Origin: Candidatus Saccharimonadota bacterium
GTDB taxonomy: Bacteria; Patescibacteriota; Saccharimonadia; Saccharimonadales; Saccharimonadaceae
Length of the DNA: 64,000 nucleotides
Direction of reading: 5' to 3'
Assembly (NCBI GenBank): GCA_017418275.1
Contig: JAFONX010000011.1
Coordinates: forward strand, 2,050-66,049
A program made the translations under genes and the position numbers. Below, one piece after another: positions 35,847-44,994 of the stretch. Under the pieces are notes generated by a model. It made no database searches. It saw nothing but the letters and a program-made list of their open reading frames with translations, and was not told where the DNA came from. Positions within the stretch are counted from its first letter, which is position 1; each line of letters begins with the position of its first letter.

Positions 35847-37118
35847 TTATTTAGCTTTCTTAAGAATTTCTTTCTTTTGGTTCATCCAAAGTTTTGATTG
35901 ACGCACAAGTTTTTCGCTATCCGCTTTATTTTTAAGCATACATTTTAGCGCTTCCTCTGCATAAACACCATTTTGGCTACCTTTGTAAAGAATTACAGCA
36001 AATCTACTGGCATGCTCTTCAATATACTCACCCGCGAGCTTTGGATTTAAGAAACTAACCACCTTACAACCCGCCTTTTTGGCGGCCGGAGCGAGATATT
36101 TCTTAGCTTCTTCGCCAATCGTTACCACCAAATTGAGTTTTTTAGCATCGCAAAATTCACCTAGCTTCTTGTGTTCTTCCTCTGAGGTCTCACCAAGCTC
36201 ATTCATACTACCCAACACAGCAATGCGTTCTAGCGCGTCAACATCGTATAGTGTTTCAAGAGCCGCTTCAGCCGCTGCCGGTGAAGAGTTGTAAGTGTCG
36301 TCGATTAAGATTGTGTCGTTTTTGCCCTCAAGAACTCGCATACGCCCCGGCACAGGATTAATCTGTGCAAAAGCTTTAACGATCTGGGCTTCCGTCGCAC
36401 CATACTTTGTCAAAACCGCCGCGGCAGCTATCATGGATTTTAATTGTTGTTCACTAGAGACCTGCGTACTTACTTCAAGCGAACCGAGCTCGCGGGATTT
36501 AAAACAGCCAGAAAAGCCTTTGAGTGGCTCTTTTCCAAGAATCCGAAAACTATAATCCACTTTCGGATTCAAACCATAGGTGAAAAAGCTATCCTGAATG
36601 CACGTTGCAGGGCTGTCATCCATATTAATCAAGACCTTCTCAGAATAATCCGTTACATCAAGTTCTTCGTTCGCGACCGCATCGAGATCCTTAAAGTTCT
36701 CCATATGCTCAGGAGTAATCGCTGTTACAACTGCAAGGTCTGGGCTTAAATAAGTGCCAAAATGTGCAATTTCGCCAGGATGATCCGTACCTAATTCCTG
36801 TACAATAAAGTCCGGTTCTTTATCTTCTTTAATTACGGCTTTCATTTCCTTAAAAACTCTAAGCCAAGCCTTAATCGAATGCACGCCATCTTCCGGATAA
36901 TCAACGCCAAGGAGCGCCAAAGGAACAGACATGTCAGAATTATAATTCCCCTCCGCCATACGAACCTTATAACCGGCCGAGCGAAGCGCAGAGGCGATTG
37001 TATGTTTTGTGACAGTTTTTCCGACCGAACCGGCCACAACAATTAGCTTTGGGTGGTGATGCTTGAAATATTTTTTTGCGTATTTTTCCAAACGCGAGCG
37101 AACGATAGACTTAAGCAT
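35847..37118 (-). CDS. murF: Mur ligase family protein, most like UDP-MurNAc-pentapeptide synthetase MurF
   Basis: P-loop VAGSVGKTVTKHT, a central domain with QELGTDHPGEI, and a C-terminal domain with IDDTYNSSP and LGSMNELG. TGaTAAAAT lies 6 nt before the ATG. Confidence 0.7.
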   Translation of the reverse strand: MLKSIVRSRLEKYAKKYFKHHHPKLIVVAGSVGKTVTKHTIASALRSAGYKVRMAEGNYNSDMSVPLALLGVDYPEDGVHSIKAWLRVFKEMKAVIKEDKEPDFIVQELGTDHPGEIAHFGTYLSPDLAVVTAITPEHMENFKDLDAVANEELDVTDYSEKVLINMDDSPATCIQDSFFTYGLNPKVDYSFRILGKEPLKGFSGCFKSRELGSLEVSTQVSSEQQLKSMIAAAAVLTKYGATEAQIVKAFAQINPVPGRMRVLEGKNDTILIDDTYNSSPAAAEAALETLYDVDALERIAVLGSMNELGETSEEEHKKLGEFCDAKKLNLVVTIGEEAKKYLAPAAKKAGCKVVSFLNPKLAGEYIEEHASRFAVILYKGSQNGVYAEEALKCMLKNKADSEKLVRQSKLWMNQKKEILKKAK

Positions 37119-37162
37119 AATTTTATTTTATCAAAAATAGGCGAGTTTTCCCGTCCCGCCTA

Positions 37163-37756
37163 CTATTTTTCAATCAGATAACGACTCACTCCCTTGCGCG
37201 ACATCAGCCATCCGCCAATTATCGAGCCAACTGTTGCCGAAATCAAATCATACATCGTATCGTCGAGCCCCTGCGAGATAAGTTGCTGCATACTAAGACC
37301 GAGAAGTTTATCCATCGCAAATTCAAAGAATTCCCAAGTAGTAGCAATCGCCATCGAGAAAAACATAATAAAAGCTCCTCTAAACAAGCGCGGACTACGT
37401 TGTACGTCAAAGTATTCCACCGCGTAATGACCGACCAGAGCCGTCGCTACACCAGACAGACAATGCACAATCTTGTCGTAATATGGCACATATTTATAAA
37501 GGTCGAGACAGATACCAAGACAGTGTGCAATCGCAATAAATATGTAGTATAACATTTCGATACGAAATGGAATCTTGATTTTAAACCCTAATTCCAAGAC
37601 GTCTGGCACAAATGGCAACAAAAAAGCAGCAACACAGGCCCCGATTTTGGAATAGCTTGGGTCAAAAATACAGCGTATCAATACGAAGCCGGCAAAGCCC
37701 CAGAGCAGAGCTCGTACGATTCGTAATACTACATCGAGCTTTTTTCGAGTTTTCAT
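37163..37756 (-). CDS. Hypothetical polytopic membrane protein (198 aa; possibly YjdF/DUF2238-like)
   Basis: The start is placed at ATG 37756 (MKTRKKL), preceded by gaggataat and directly after the upstream stop. The longer ORF would overlap the upstream gene by 68 nt. WEFFEF and HCLSG motifs sit within hydrophobic helices. Confidence 0.5.
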   Translation of the reverse strand: MKTRKKLDVVLRIVRALLWGFAGFVLIRCIFDPSYSKIGACVAAFLLPFVPDVLELGFKIKIPFRIEMLYYIFIAIAHCLGICLDLYKYVPYYDKIVHCLSGVATALVGHYAVEYFDVQRSPRLFRGAFIMFFSMAIATTWEFFEFAMDKLLGLSMQQLISQGLDDTMYDLISATVGSIIGGWLMSRKGVSRYLIEK

Positions 37757-37757
37757 A

Positions 37758-38345
37758 TTATCCTCTATATTCAATAATAGCAAGGCCAGAGGCAAGACGG
37801 AGCTGGAAAATTGGATTATTTTCAAGAAATTCGTTTACCGCTTTAGCACTACCCGGTAAGGCAGAATTGCGATAATCATGAACAATAATCTTACCCCCCT
37901 GACTAAGCTTCGGCGCAACAAGAATCAGACTCGTCTTAATAGATTCGTAATAATCCCCATCAAGCAAGGCAAAAGAGATTTGTTTTGGCAAGTCATCATT
38001 CGCATCGAGCTCATTGAACCAAGCTTTCATGATTACCGGTTCAGGAAGGTTCAGCTTTTTAAACTTACTTGCAACTAGCTCAGCGCTCGCCTTTAGCTCA
38101 CCGGGACGAAAGGCCCAACCGTCGCCAGATTTATCCGCGGCGGTTTTCTCTGGTAGTCCCTCAAAAGAATCATATAGCCAAAGCCATTTTTCCGGCCAGC
38201 TTTTCATTACCTCAGCCATTTTGACCGAAGTGTCACCCATATAGCAGCCAAACTCTACAACATCGCCAGAAACAGACTCGGTTTGCACTAAGTTTTCCAG
38301 AATCACATTTAGCTCGCGCTCGGTGATTTGTAAATCTTTAGTCAT
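37758..38345 (-). CDS. TylF/MycF-like class I SAM-dependent methyltransferase (195 aa)
   Basis: GDVVEFGCYMGDTS is the SAM-binding glycine-rich loop. LWLYDSFEGLPE and ALLDGDYYES are typical of the macrocin-O-methyltransferase family. Confidence 0.6.
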   Translation of the reverse strand: MTKDLQITERELNVILENLVQTESVSGDVVEFGCYMGDTSVKMAEVMKSWPEKWLWLYDSFEGLPEKTAADKSGDGWAFRPGELKASAELVASKFKKLNLPEPVIMKAWFNELDANDDLPKQISFALLDGDYYESIKTSLILVAPKLSQGGKIIVHDYRNSALPGSAKAVNEFLENNPIFQLRLASGLAIIEYRG

Positions 38346-38922
38346 TCAAGAATTCAATCTCGTCTAAGAGTTTAGCGAACTTGTCATGAAGCTCGGATAC
38401 GGTGCCGGAATTGTCTAGATAATAATCCGCAATAGCGATTGGTCCACCTTTTTCGAGGTTTTCAATCTCAGTTTTATCGCGCATAGCAGATTCTTCTGGG
38501 GTAAGTGGGCGAACTGGGCGCTCGGCAAGACGTTTGCGGCGCATGGCTTTTGGCATCACGACCGCCACGACCGTCATCTCAGTAGGGAATTCTTTACGCA
38601 GGATATTATACTCAGTCCAGCTGTAGAGACCATCGAGCACAATGCGCTTCTGGCCAGCCTCGATTAGTTTCTTCGTTTCTTCAAGTACGCGATTAACGAC
38701 AAAGTCTTTACCTTCCTCGGCACGGAGTTTTTCGCGGATTGTACGCTCATTTTCCGGATTGATTTCAAGGCCAGCTTCTTTTACGGCTTTTAGGACGACA
38801 CCGCCAAAATAGACTTTTGGCACACTGCGTTTGGTTAGATATTCAATTAGTGTCGATTTGCCGCTGCCACACATACCAACGATTGCCAAGATTTTCACAT
38901 CGCTATTGTTTGAGTTCGACAT
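38338..38922 (-). CDS. P-loop nucleotide kinase-like protein (dephospho-CoA-kinase/UPF0200-like, 194 aa)
   Basis: Walker A IVGMCGSGKST lies at the N-terminus and a Walker B-like RIVLDGL follows. The size and layout fit small NMP-kinase-fold proteins. SD aggaga. Confidence 0.55.
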   Translation of the reverse strand: MSNSNNSDVKILAIVGMCGSGKSTLIEYLTKRSVPKVYFGGVVLKAVKEAGLEINPENERTIREKLRAEEGKDFVVNRVLEETKKLIEAGQKRIVLDGLYSWTEYNILRKEFPTEMTVVAVVMPKAMRRKRLAERPVRPLTPEESAMRDKTEIENLEKGGPIAIADYYLDNSGTVSELHDKFAKLLDEIEFLND

Positions 38923-39119
38923 TTTTCTCCTGTCCAGATTCCGCTGACTTTAACTCGCTTTTGTCAGCTCAATAGTACTATTTTGACATATTTTAAACTG
39001 TTTTCGGCATCCAGTCAATCAAAGCTAGAGCTTATGCTTGTAGTTTAAGATAAAGTCATTTACACTATTTTTAGTTTGCCGGATTTAAAAAGCTCTTTTA
39101 TCATTTGGAGGTGAGAACT

Positions 39120-39449
39120 ATGAAAATAGAGCCGCTTGATATTACCGTTCGCTTTAATTTTCTTGGTGACGCTTCGCCCGGCGCTTTTCATTACGCCAGC
39201 AAAGTGCTCTCCGAAGAACATAAAATTTCTGTTAAGACTTGGGAAAGATATAATTATATGAACATGCACGTCATCCAAGCTAACGCCACTATTTTATATC
39301 GACGTAATTCAATCATGCAACGCGTTTATTACAAGAGCTTTTTCTTCAAGATAAGACGTAAGTACCGCGAGGATTCTTATTTTAAAAGAAGGTACTATCT
39401 TGATGTAGTAGTCTATCAAGACGGCACGGTCGTCTTAGAAAACTTCTGA
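39120..39449 (+). CDS. Hypothetical small basic protein (109 aa)
   Basis: ATG 39120 lies 5 nt after SD ggaggtga, and a strong terminator follows. Confidence 0.5.
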   Translation: MKIEPLDITVRFNFLGDASPGAFHYASKVLSEEHKISVKTWERYNYMNMHVIQANATILYRRNSIMQRVYYKSFFFKIRRKYREDSYFKRRYYLDVVVYQDGTVVLENF

Positions 39450-39453
39450 GTCT

Positions 39454-39482
39454 AAAGGCCCCGCATTTTTGCGGGGCTTTTT
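39454..39482. terminator. Rho-independent terminator between convergent genes
   Basis: gccccgc-attttt-gcggggc followed by ttttt. Confidence 0.85.
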
Positions 39483-39489
39483 CATTGGT

Positions 39490-40767
39490 CTATATTACCG
39501 CTAAAATACGTTCCCAGAGCTCATCGACAAAGGCTTTATTGATATTGCCCACCACAGAAATCCCCGAAATACCAGACTCAAAGAAGCTGCGAGCGAGCGC
39601 CACAATCGTGCGCTTATCAATCGAGTCAATCATCTCCGGCATCCGCTCGATCGGAAAAACTTTATCCATGATGACATAATCTCTCAAGTAATGATTCGCG
39701 ATTTGGTCAGCCGTCTGTGCTAGCATTTGAATACGACCGAGGGCATATTGTTTGGCCTGAGTTATTTCTTCCGGAGCAATGTCACCATTAATAACCTTGG
39801 AAAGCTCAATCGCAATCAGATCAAATAATTCCTCAACATTCTCGGAATTCACCTCGCCATCAAAATCCCAGTTACTTGCTAGACTATCGCTATTCGTATT
39901 TGACCCCATTCCATACACAATGCCGCGATGACGTGCCGTACCAAAAATCTTGCTACTCATCGTGCCATTCAAGATATGATTCAGCGCGCCCATTGATTCT
40001 TGTTCATTCGGACAAAGCGCGCGGTTGAGCATAAAGCTAAAGCCAAAGCTCAGATTGCTGGCATCTTTGCGGCGAATCAATACCGGATTCGCTTGATGAT
40101 AATCCGTTTTTGGAAAATCCAAGCGCTCGCCTTCTGGCAATTTCCATGCCTCAAGCATATTAATAATCTTCTCGCGCCGTTCACTCAGATCGCCACAGAT
40201 GATAAACTGTAGGTTTTTGGCTGTATGCGTGCGGTCGTGATGTTGTTGGACATCCGAGAGCTGAATATTGCGCAAGGTTTTAATGCGCTCAGCATAGGTT
40301 AAAACATTTTCACCCAATTCCTGTTGTAGTTTTGGCCAGATGAGTCGAGAATAATCATTCTGGTAGCCCGTGAGCTCCGAGCGAACATTACCCTTCTCGG
40401 CCGCCATTTCTTTTTCATTAAACTGCGGTGTCGTAATTGCAAGTTCCTGAAGAGCTAGAATACGCTCCCACTCAAAATCTGCGCACTCGGCTTCATAAGT
40501 AATAAAGTAATCTGAAGTCCAGGCATTATGATAGGCACCATTTTTCGTAAACTCTTGCTCGTAGGCCTGCTCATCTTCAAACTGCGAATTAGCCCCAAAA
40601 GCCATATGCTCCATCAAATGGGCAACTTCGTAAATATCATGGCTCGCCGTAAAGCGATTCCCGGCACGAAAAGTAAAGTGCGTATTAAGCACACTAGAAC
40701 CAGGGGCATCAATCAGAAGCCCGCGCGCACCAGATTTTAGTTTTACTTCTTCAATAATGTGTTTCAT
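39490..40767 (-). CDS. M16-family (pitrilysin/insulinase-like) zinc peptidase
   Basis: The inverted zinc motif HLMEHMAF (HxxEH) lies near the N-terminus. The 425-aa two-lobed size fits. Confidence 0.8.
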   Translation of the reverse strand: MKHIIEEVKLKSGARGLLIDAPGSSVLNTHFTFRAGNRFTASHDIYEVAHLMEHMAFGANSQFEDEQAYEQEFTKNGAYHNAWTSDYFITYEAECADFEWERILALQELAITTPQFNEKEMAAEKGNVRSELTGYQNDYSRLIWPKLQQELGENVLTYAERIKTLRNIQLSDVQQHHDRTHTAKNLQFIICGDLSERREKIINMLEAWKLPEGERLDFPKTDYHQANPVLIRRKDASNLSFGFSFMLNRALCPNEQESMGALNHILNGTMSSKIFGTARHRGIVYGMGSNTNSDSLASNWDFDGEVNSENVEELFDLIAIELSKVINGDIAPEEITQAKQYALGRIQMLAQTADQIANHYLRDYVIMDKVFPIERMPEMIDSIDKRTIVALARSFFESGISGISVVGNINKAFVDELWERILAVI

Positions 40768-40893
40768 TTACGGACAATTACTGTAATACAACTTTAAATA
40801 CCTATTATTTAATTTTAGAGACCAAGATAGCTTTTATCAAGAGAAACTAAGCCAGTTCTTTCTTTTTATGAGTCAAGATATAATAAAAGTAAT

Positions 40894-41622
40894 ATGATGA
40901 GCGAGGAAAAGATTCAAAGAGCCGACAAAAAGCCCTTTAGTATTATGGATTTACGCGCCGAATTACAAGCCCTTAGCGATATAAACTACCTAGAAACCAA
41001 CCAAAAAACCATTCCGACTAGTTGGCCGATGATTGGCGTGCGTATTCCAGATATCAAGAGGCTCGCCCAAAAGATTCCAAAAGATAGTCTTTTGGAATAC
41101 ATAGAGATTAAACCCGAAAGCCACGAAGAGATCTTGGCGCGCGGTTTTCTGATTGCTCATCTCCCCTACGAGCAGATGCTTGAGGTTTTCGACTCGCAAC
41201 TATCTCTATTTGACAACTGGTGCGCGGTCGATACTTTTTGTGCAGCATTGCGCAAATGCGTCAAGAATAACAGGGCGGACTTTCTTGAGCGTAAAGTTCA
41301 GCCACTTCTACAGTCCCCCAAAGAATTCGAAGTCCGTACGGGGGTAGTCTGTCTGCTGGATCTGTTTATCGATACAGAACACTTAGCAACGATTTTTAAA
41401 AATATCGAATCTTTGAAGAATCGCGAAGAATATTACGTCAAGATGGCAATCGCTTGGTTGTTGGCAGAATGCTATATTAAATTCCCAACCGAGACAGAGG
41501 TATTTATGCATAAAACAGAGCTAAATAACTGGACCTTCAATAAGGCAATTTCTAAAATTTGCGACTCATATCGCGTGAGCACAGAAAACAAAAACCGATT
41601 AAAGAAAATGAGACGAAAGTAA
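40894..41622 (+). CDS. DNA alkylation repair protein (AlkD/HEAT-like repeat family)
   Basis: About 240 aa, all-helical, with the typical start region (LRAELQALSD..., IGVRIPDIKRLAQKI) and a WCAVD block. Confidence 0.6.
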   Translation: MMSEEKIQRADKKPFSIMDLRAELQALSDINYLETNQKTIPTSWPMIGVRIPDIKRLAQKIPKDSLLEYIEIKPESHEEILARGFLIAHLPYEQMLEVFDSQLSLFDNWCAVDTFCAALRKCVKNNRADFLERKVQPLLQSPKEFEVRTGVVCLLDLFIDTEHLATIFKNIESLKNREEYYVKMAIAWLLAECYIKFPTETEVFMHKTELNNWTFNKAISKICDSYRVSTENKNRLKKMRRK

Positions 41623-41627
41623 ACAAC

Positions 41628-41656
41628 AAAAAAGACTCCTCTGCGGAGTCTTTTTT
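41628..41656. terminator. Bidirectional rho-independent terminator
   Basis: aaaaaa-gactcc-tctgc-ggagtc-tttttt. Confidence 0.85.
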
Positions 41657-41664
41657 ATGCCTAT

Positions 41665-44619
41665 TTAGCGGCGGCCGCTCTTTTTGTTCTGACGAGCTTT
41701 TTTCTTGTTCTTGCGAGCGGCGTTACGTGCGGCATTGCGGTTAGTATTAGTACCAACCGGTCGCTTTGAGCCGTCCGCTCCAGAGACATGATGGACATTT
41801 TCGTTTGAACTAATGCCATGTTCGTCTTTGCTGAACTCATTGTCCATATTCTTGACGCCGGCAGAAATTTCGTTAACACCTTTTTCAGTCGCGCTTTCGG
41901 CCATCTTAGTAAGCTCGGTGTCGTACTTGTCATCAGACACTTCAGCAACTTCCTGACGGCGGAGGCTAAGGATGATATGCATTACTTCCTCACGCAAAGC
42001 ACGCTGAAGACCATCAAAGAGCTTCTGCGACTCTGAGCGGTATTCGACGAGTGGATCACGCTGACCGACCGAGCGCCAGTGAATACCTTCGCGGAGATGT
42101 TGCATACTTTCAAGATGCTGCATCCAGAGCGTATCGAGCACCTGGAGATAAACTTCGCGCTCAATCTTGCGCATCGTATCTTCGCCGAATTCAAGCTCCT
42201 TATCGTGGTACATTTCTTCGACGGCGATGGTCGCGAGATGAATACGATCTTTTTCCTTGCGCATACGACCAATTGTATCAATTAAGTCTTCGTCGAGGTC
42301 AAAGACGCGCTTGAAGTTCTCGTTGAAGTTCTTATTAATACGGGAATTAAACTGGCAAAGTTCGGCAATTTCTTCCTTGTAGAGGCGGCCAATTTCTGGG
42401 CGGATATTATCACCTTCAAGAATGCGGCGACGCATTGTGTAAACCACTTTGCGGTGGCGAGAAATCACGTTATCGTACTGAACGACGTTCTTGCGAGAAT
42501 CAAAGTTAAAGCCTTCGATACGCTTCTGAGCCTGCTCGAGCGTCTTACTGACGGTTTTGTTACGAATTGGCATATCATCATCAATGCCAAGGCGCTGCAT
42601 AATCATACCAATGCGATCACCTTGGAAGATGCGCATAAGATCATCCTCGCAAGATACGAAGAACTGCGTAACACCAGGATCGCCCTGACGACCACCACGA
42701 CCACGGAGCTGGTTATCAACACGGCGGGAATCATGGCGAGCGGTGCCGATGACGACGAGACCGCCAAGTTCCTTAACACCCTTGCCGAGCTTAATATCCG
42801 TACCACGACCAGCCATGTTGGTTGCCAAGGTAACAGCACCCTTTTCGCCGGCTTTCTCAATAATCGCAGCCTCACGCTCGTTATTCTTAGCGTTCAAGAT
42901 TTCGAACGGAATACCTTCGTTCGCGAGGTAAGCCGCAATGCGCTCGTTGTGTTCGATAGAATCAGAACCAACAAGTACTGGTTGACCTTTCTTGTGGTAT
43001 TTCTTAACAGCGTCAGAGATAGCCTTAAGCTTAGCGGCACTCGTACGATAGATCAAATCATCCTTATCGACACGGATAATTGGCTTGTTCGGTGGGATCT
43101 GAACCACATCAAGGCCATAAATCTGTTGGAATTCTTCTGCTTCGGTAAAGGCCGTACCGGTCATACCGGAAAGCTTTCGATAGAGACGGAAGAAGTTCTG
43201 GAAGGAAATCGTCGCAAGCGTCATGGATTCCTGGCGAACTTGGACAGCTTCTTTAGCCTCGATAGCCTGATGGAGACCTTCATTGTAACGGCGACCATGC
43301 ATGAGACGACCGGTGTTTTCGTCAACAATCACTACTTCGCCGCTATTCGTAACGACATAATCTTTATCGCGTTTGAAGAGTGTTTCAGCACGAAGAGCTT
43401 GTTCAAGATGATAGACAATGCGCGTATTAGCGGTCGAATAAAGTGTGTCGACGCCGAGGATTTTCTGGACTTTTTCGACGCCCTCGTCAGTCAAAGCGAC
43501 CGTACGGCGTTTTTCATCGATAATATAATCTTCATCCGAGAGCTGAGCGCAAACCTTTGCAAACTGGTAATAGCTGGCCGGGTTGTCTGCAGCTGGCGCG
43601 GAAATAATGAGAGGCGTACGAGCTTCATCAATCAAGATTGAGTCGACCTCATCCACGATGGCGAAGTTCAGTTCGCGCTGACGAAGATATTGAGCGTCCT
43701 TGACCATGTTGTCGCGGAGATAGTCGAAGCCGAACTCGTTATTTGTACCATAAGTCACATCACAGAGATAGGCTTCCTTGCGCGTACAAGGCTTGAGGTG
43801 CTTCATGCGTGGGTCAGTATGTTCCTCGTTAATATATTCAGGATCATACATGAAGCTTGCTTCGTTAATGATACAACCTGTAGAAAGACCGAGGAAGTGA
43901 TAGAGCTCACCATTCCAGCCGGCGTCACGCTGAGCAAGATAATCGTTGACTGTAACAACATGTACGCCACGACCAGTCAAGGCATTAAGATACGCCGGGG
44001 CGACCGCCACGAGAGTTTTACCTTCACCTGTCTTCATTTCAGCAACGTTGCCTTCATGAAGCGCAATGCCACCAATGAGCTGAACGTCGAATGGACGCAT
44101 CTTTAAGACGCGCTCACTAGCTTCGCGGACAACCGCAAAAGCATCCTCGAGTACAGCGTCCAGAGCCTTCGCATCATAATTACGTTCGTTCTTATCTGCA
44201 GTACTCTTGGCTTTTTTAGTCTTGCGAGCTTTGGTTTTTTCTTCGCCTTTTTTCTCTTCTTTGACTTTTTCGAGCGCAACCTTAGCCTGCTCTTCTTTAA
44301 GGAGCTTCTTGATACGTTTCTGAAGAACGGCGGTTTGCTTCTGGAGCTCTTCGTCGCTCATCTTGGAATACTTATCTGCTAGTTTATTGATATTGATGAC
44401 GCGCTTGCCCATACGGCGCAGAATCTTCTTCTGTGCGTCACCAAAAACGTGTTGCAAAAAGATAGTAAGACCGCTCTTGTCTGCAAGCTTATCTGTTGGC
44501 TTCTTTTCTTTGTGAGCCTTCGTGCTTTTTTGGACTTTAGTGTTGCTGGTTTTGGTTTTTTCAGACTTTTTTGTCGATTTTTCTGCCACCCCGTGCTTCT
44601 CTGACCTCTTCTCTTTCAT
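41665..44619 (-). CDS. secA: Preprotein translocase ATPase SecA (984 aa) with Lys-rich N-terminal extension, internal Lys-rich insert and basic C-terminal tail
   Basis: MKTGEGKTLVA is Walker A, VDEVDSILIDEARTPLIIS is the DEAD-like box and TNMAGRGTDIKLG is present. TGcTATACT lies 6 nt before the ATG. Confidence 0.95.
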   Translation of the reverse strand: MKEKRSEKHGVAEKSTKKSEKTKTSNTKVQKSTKAHKEKKPTDKLADKSGLTIFLQHVFGDAQKKILRRMGKRVININKLADKYSKMSDEELQKQTAVLQKRIKKLLKEEQAKVALEKVKEEKKGEEKTKARKTKKAKSTADKNERNYDAKALDAVLEDAFAVVREASERVLKMRPFDVQLIGGIALHEGNVAEMKTGEGKTLVAVAPAYLNALTGRGVHVVTVNDYLAQRDAGWNGELYHFLGLSTGCIINEASFMYDPEYINEEHTDPRMKHLKPCTRKEAYLCDVTYGTNNEFGFDYLRDNMVKDAQYLRQRELNFAIVDEVDSILIDEARTPLIISAPAADNPASYYQFAKVCAQLSDEDYIIDEKRRTVALTDEGVEKVQKILGVDTLYSTANTRIVYHLEQALRAETLFKRDKDYVVTNSGEVVIVDENTGRLMHGRRYNEGLHQAIEAKEAVQVRQESMTLATISFQNFFRLYRKLSGMTGTAFTEAEEFQQIYGLDVVQIPPNKPIIRVDKDDLIYRTSAAKLKAISDAVKKYHKKGQPVLVGSDSIEHNERIAAYLANEGIPFEILNAKNNEREAAIIEKAGEKGAVTLATNMAGRGTDIKLGKGVKELGGLVVIGTARHDSRRVDNQLRGRGGRQGDPGVTQFFVSCEDDLMRIFQGDRIGMIMQRLGIDDDMPIRNKTVSKTLEQAQKRIEGFNFDSRKNVVQYDNVISRHRKVVYTMRRRILEGDNIRPEIGRLYKEEIAELCQFNSRINKNFNENFKRVFDLDEDLIDTIGRMRKEKDRIHLATIAVEEMYHDKELEFGEDTMRKIEREVYLQVLDTLWMQHLESMQHLREGIHWRSVGQRDPLVEYRSESQKLFDGLQRALREEVMHIILSLRRQEVAEVSDDKYDTELTKMAESATEKGVNEISAGVKNMDNEFSKDEHGISSNENVHHVSGADGSKRPVGTNTNRNAARNAARKNKKKARQNKKSGRR

Positions 44620-44637
44620 TGTTCTAGTATAGCACGC

Positions 44638-44994
44638 TTATTTCTTGCGGAAACGAGCGAAGATTCCTTTCTCATTACGATTGCTAACTTCTGTCTTGAA
44701 GCGGCGAATCTGGCCATCAAGCTTAGCTTCGAGTAAATCTACACCGGCAAAAACATTTGATGCTTCGTCCTTCGCAGCAATAACCTTGCCACCAGGAATA
44801 TCTAGAGATGCGGAGATCTCGTATTTATTGCCATGTTCGCGGTTAACTTCGGTGACAACGATTTTTGCGACAATATCCTTGCGGTTGTCGCGTGGGATAT
44901 GCTTATCGAGCTTACCGATGCGCTTTTCGACATATTTAACGAGAGCAGGCTCGACTTTGTAATTAGAGCCACTTACCTCAATATTTTCAATCAT
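44638..44994 (-). CDS. hpf: Ribosome hibernation promoting factor / RaiA family (short form)
   Basis: 118 aa. The segments VSGSNYKVEPALVKYVEKRIGKLDK...ASNVFAGVDLLEAKLDGQIRR show the typical S30AE/HPF beta-alpha-beta-beta-beta-alpha layout. Confidence 0.8.
   Translation of the reverse strand: MIENIEVSGSNYKVEPALVKYVEKRIGKLDKHIPRDNRKDIVAKIVVTEVNREHGNKYEISASLDIPGGKVIAAKDEASNVFAGVDLLEAKLDGQIRRFKTEVSNRNEKGIFARFRKK

Noticed and set aside
37757-37825. Longer start of the 37163 membrane protein
   Set aside because: It would overlap the upstream methyltransferase gene by 68 nt. ATG 37756 follows gaggataat and the upstream stop.
42454-43641. 395-aa ORF antisense to secA; similar long antisense ORFs lie in pheT (17949-18740), serS (45184-45552) and the ABC genes
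   Set aside because: All lie fully inside strongly supported genes on the other strand and show no motifs or translation signals.
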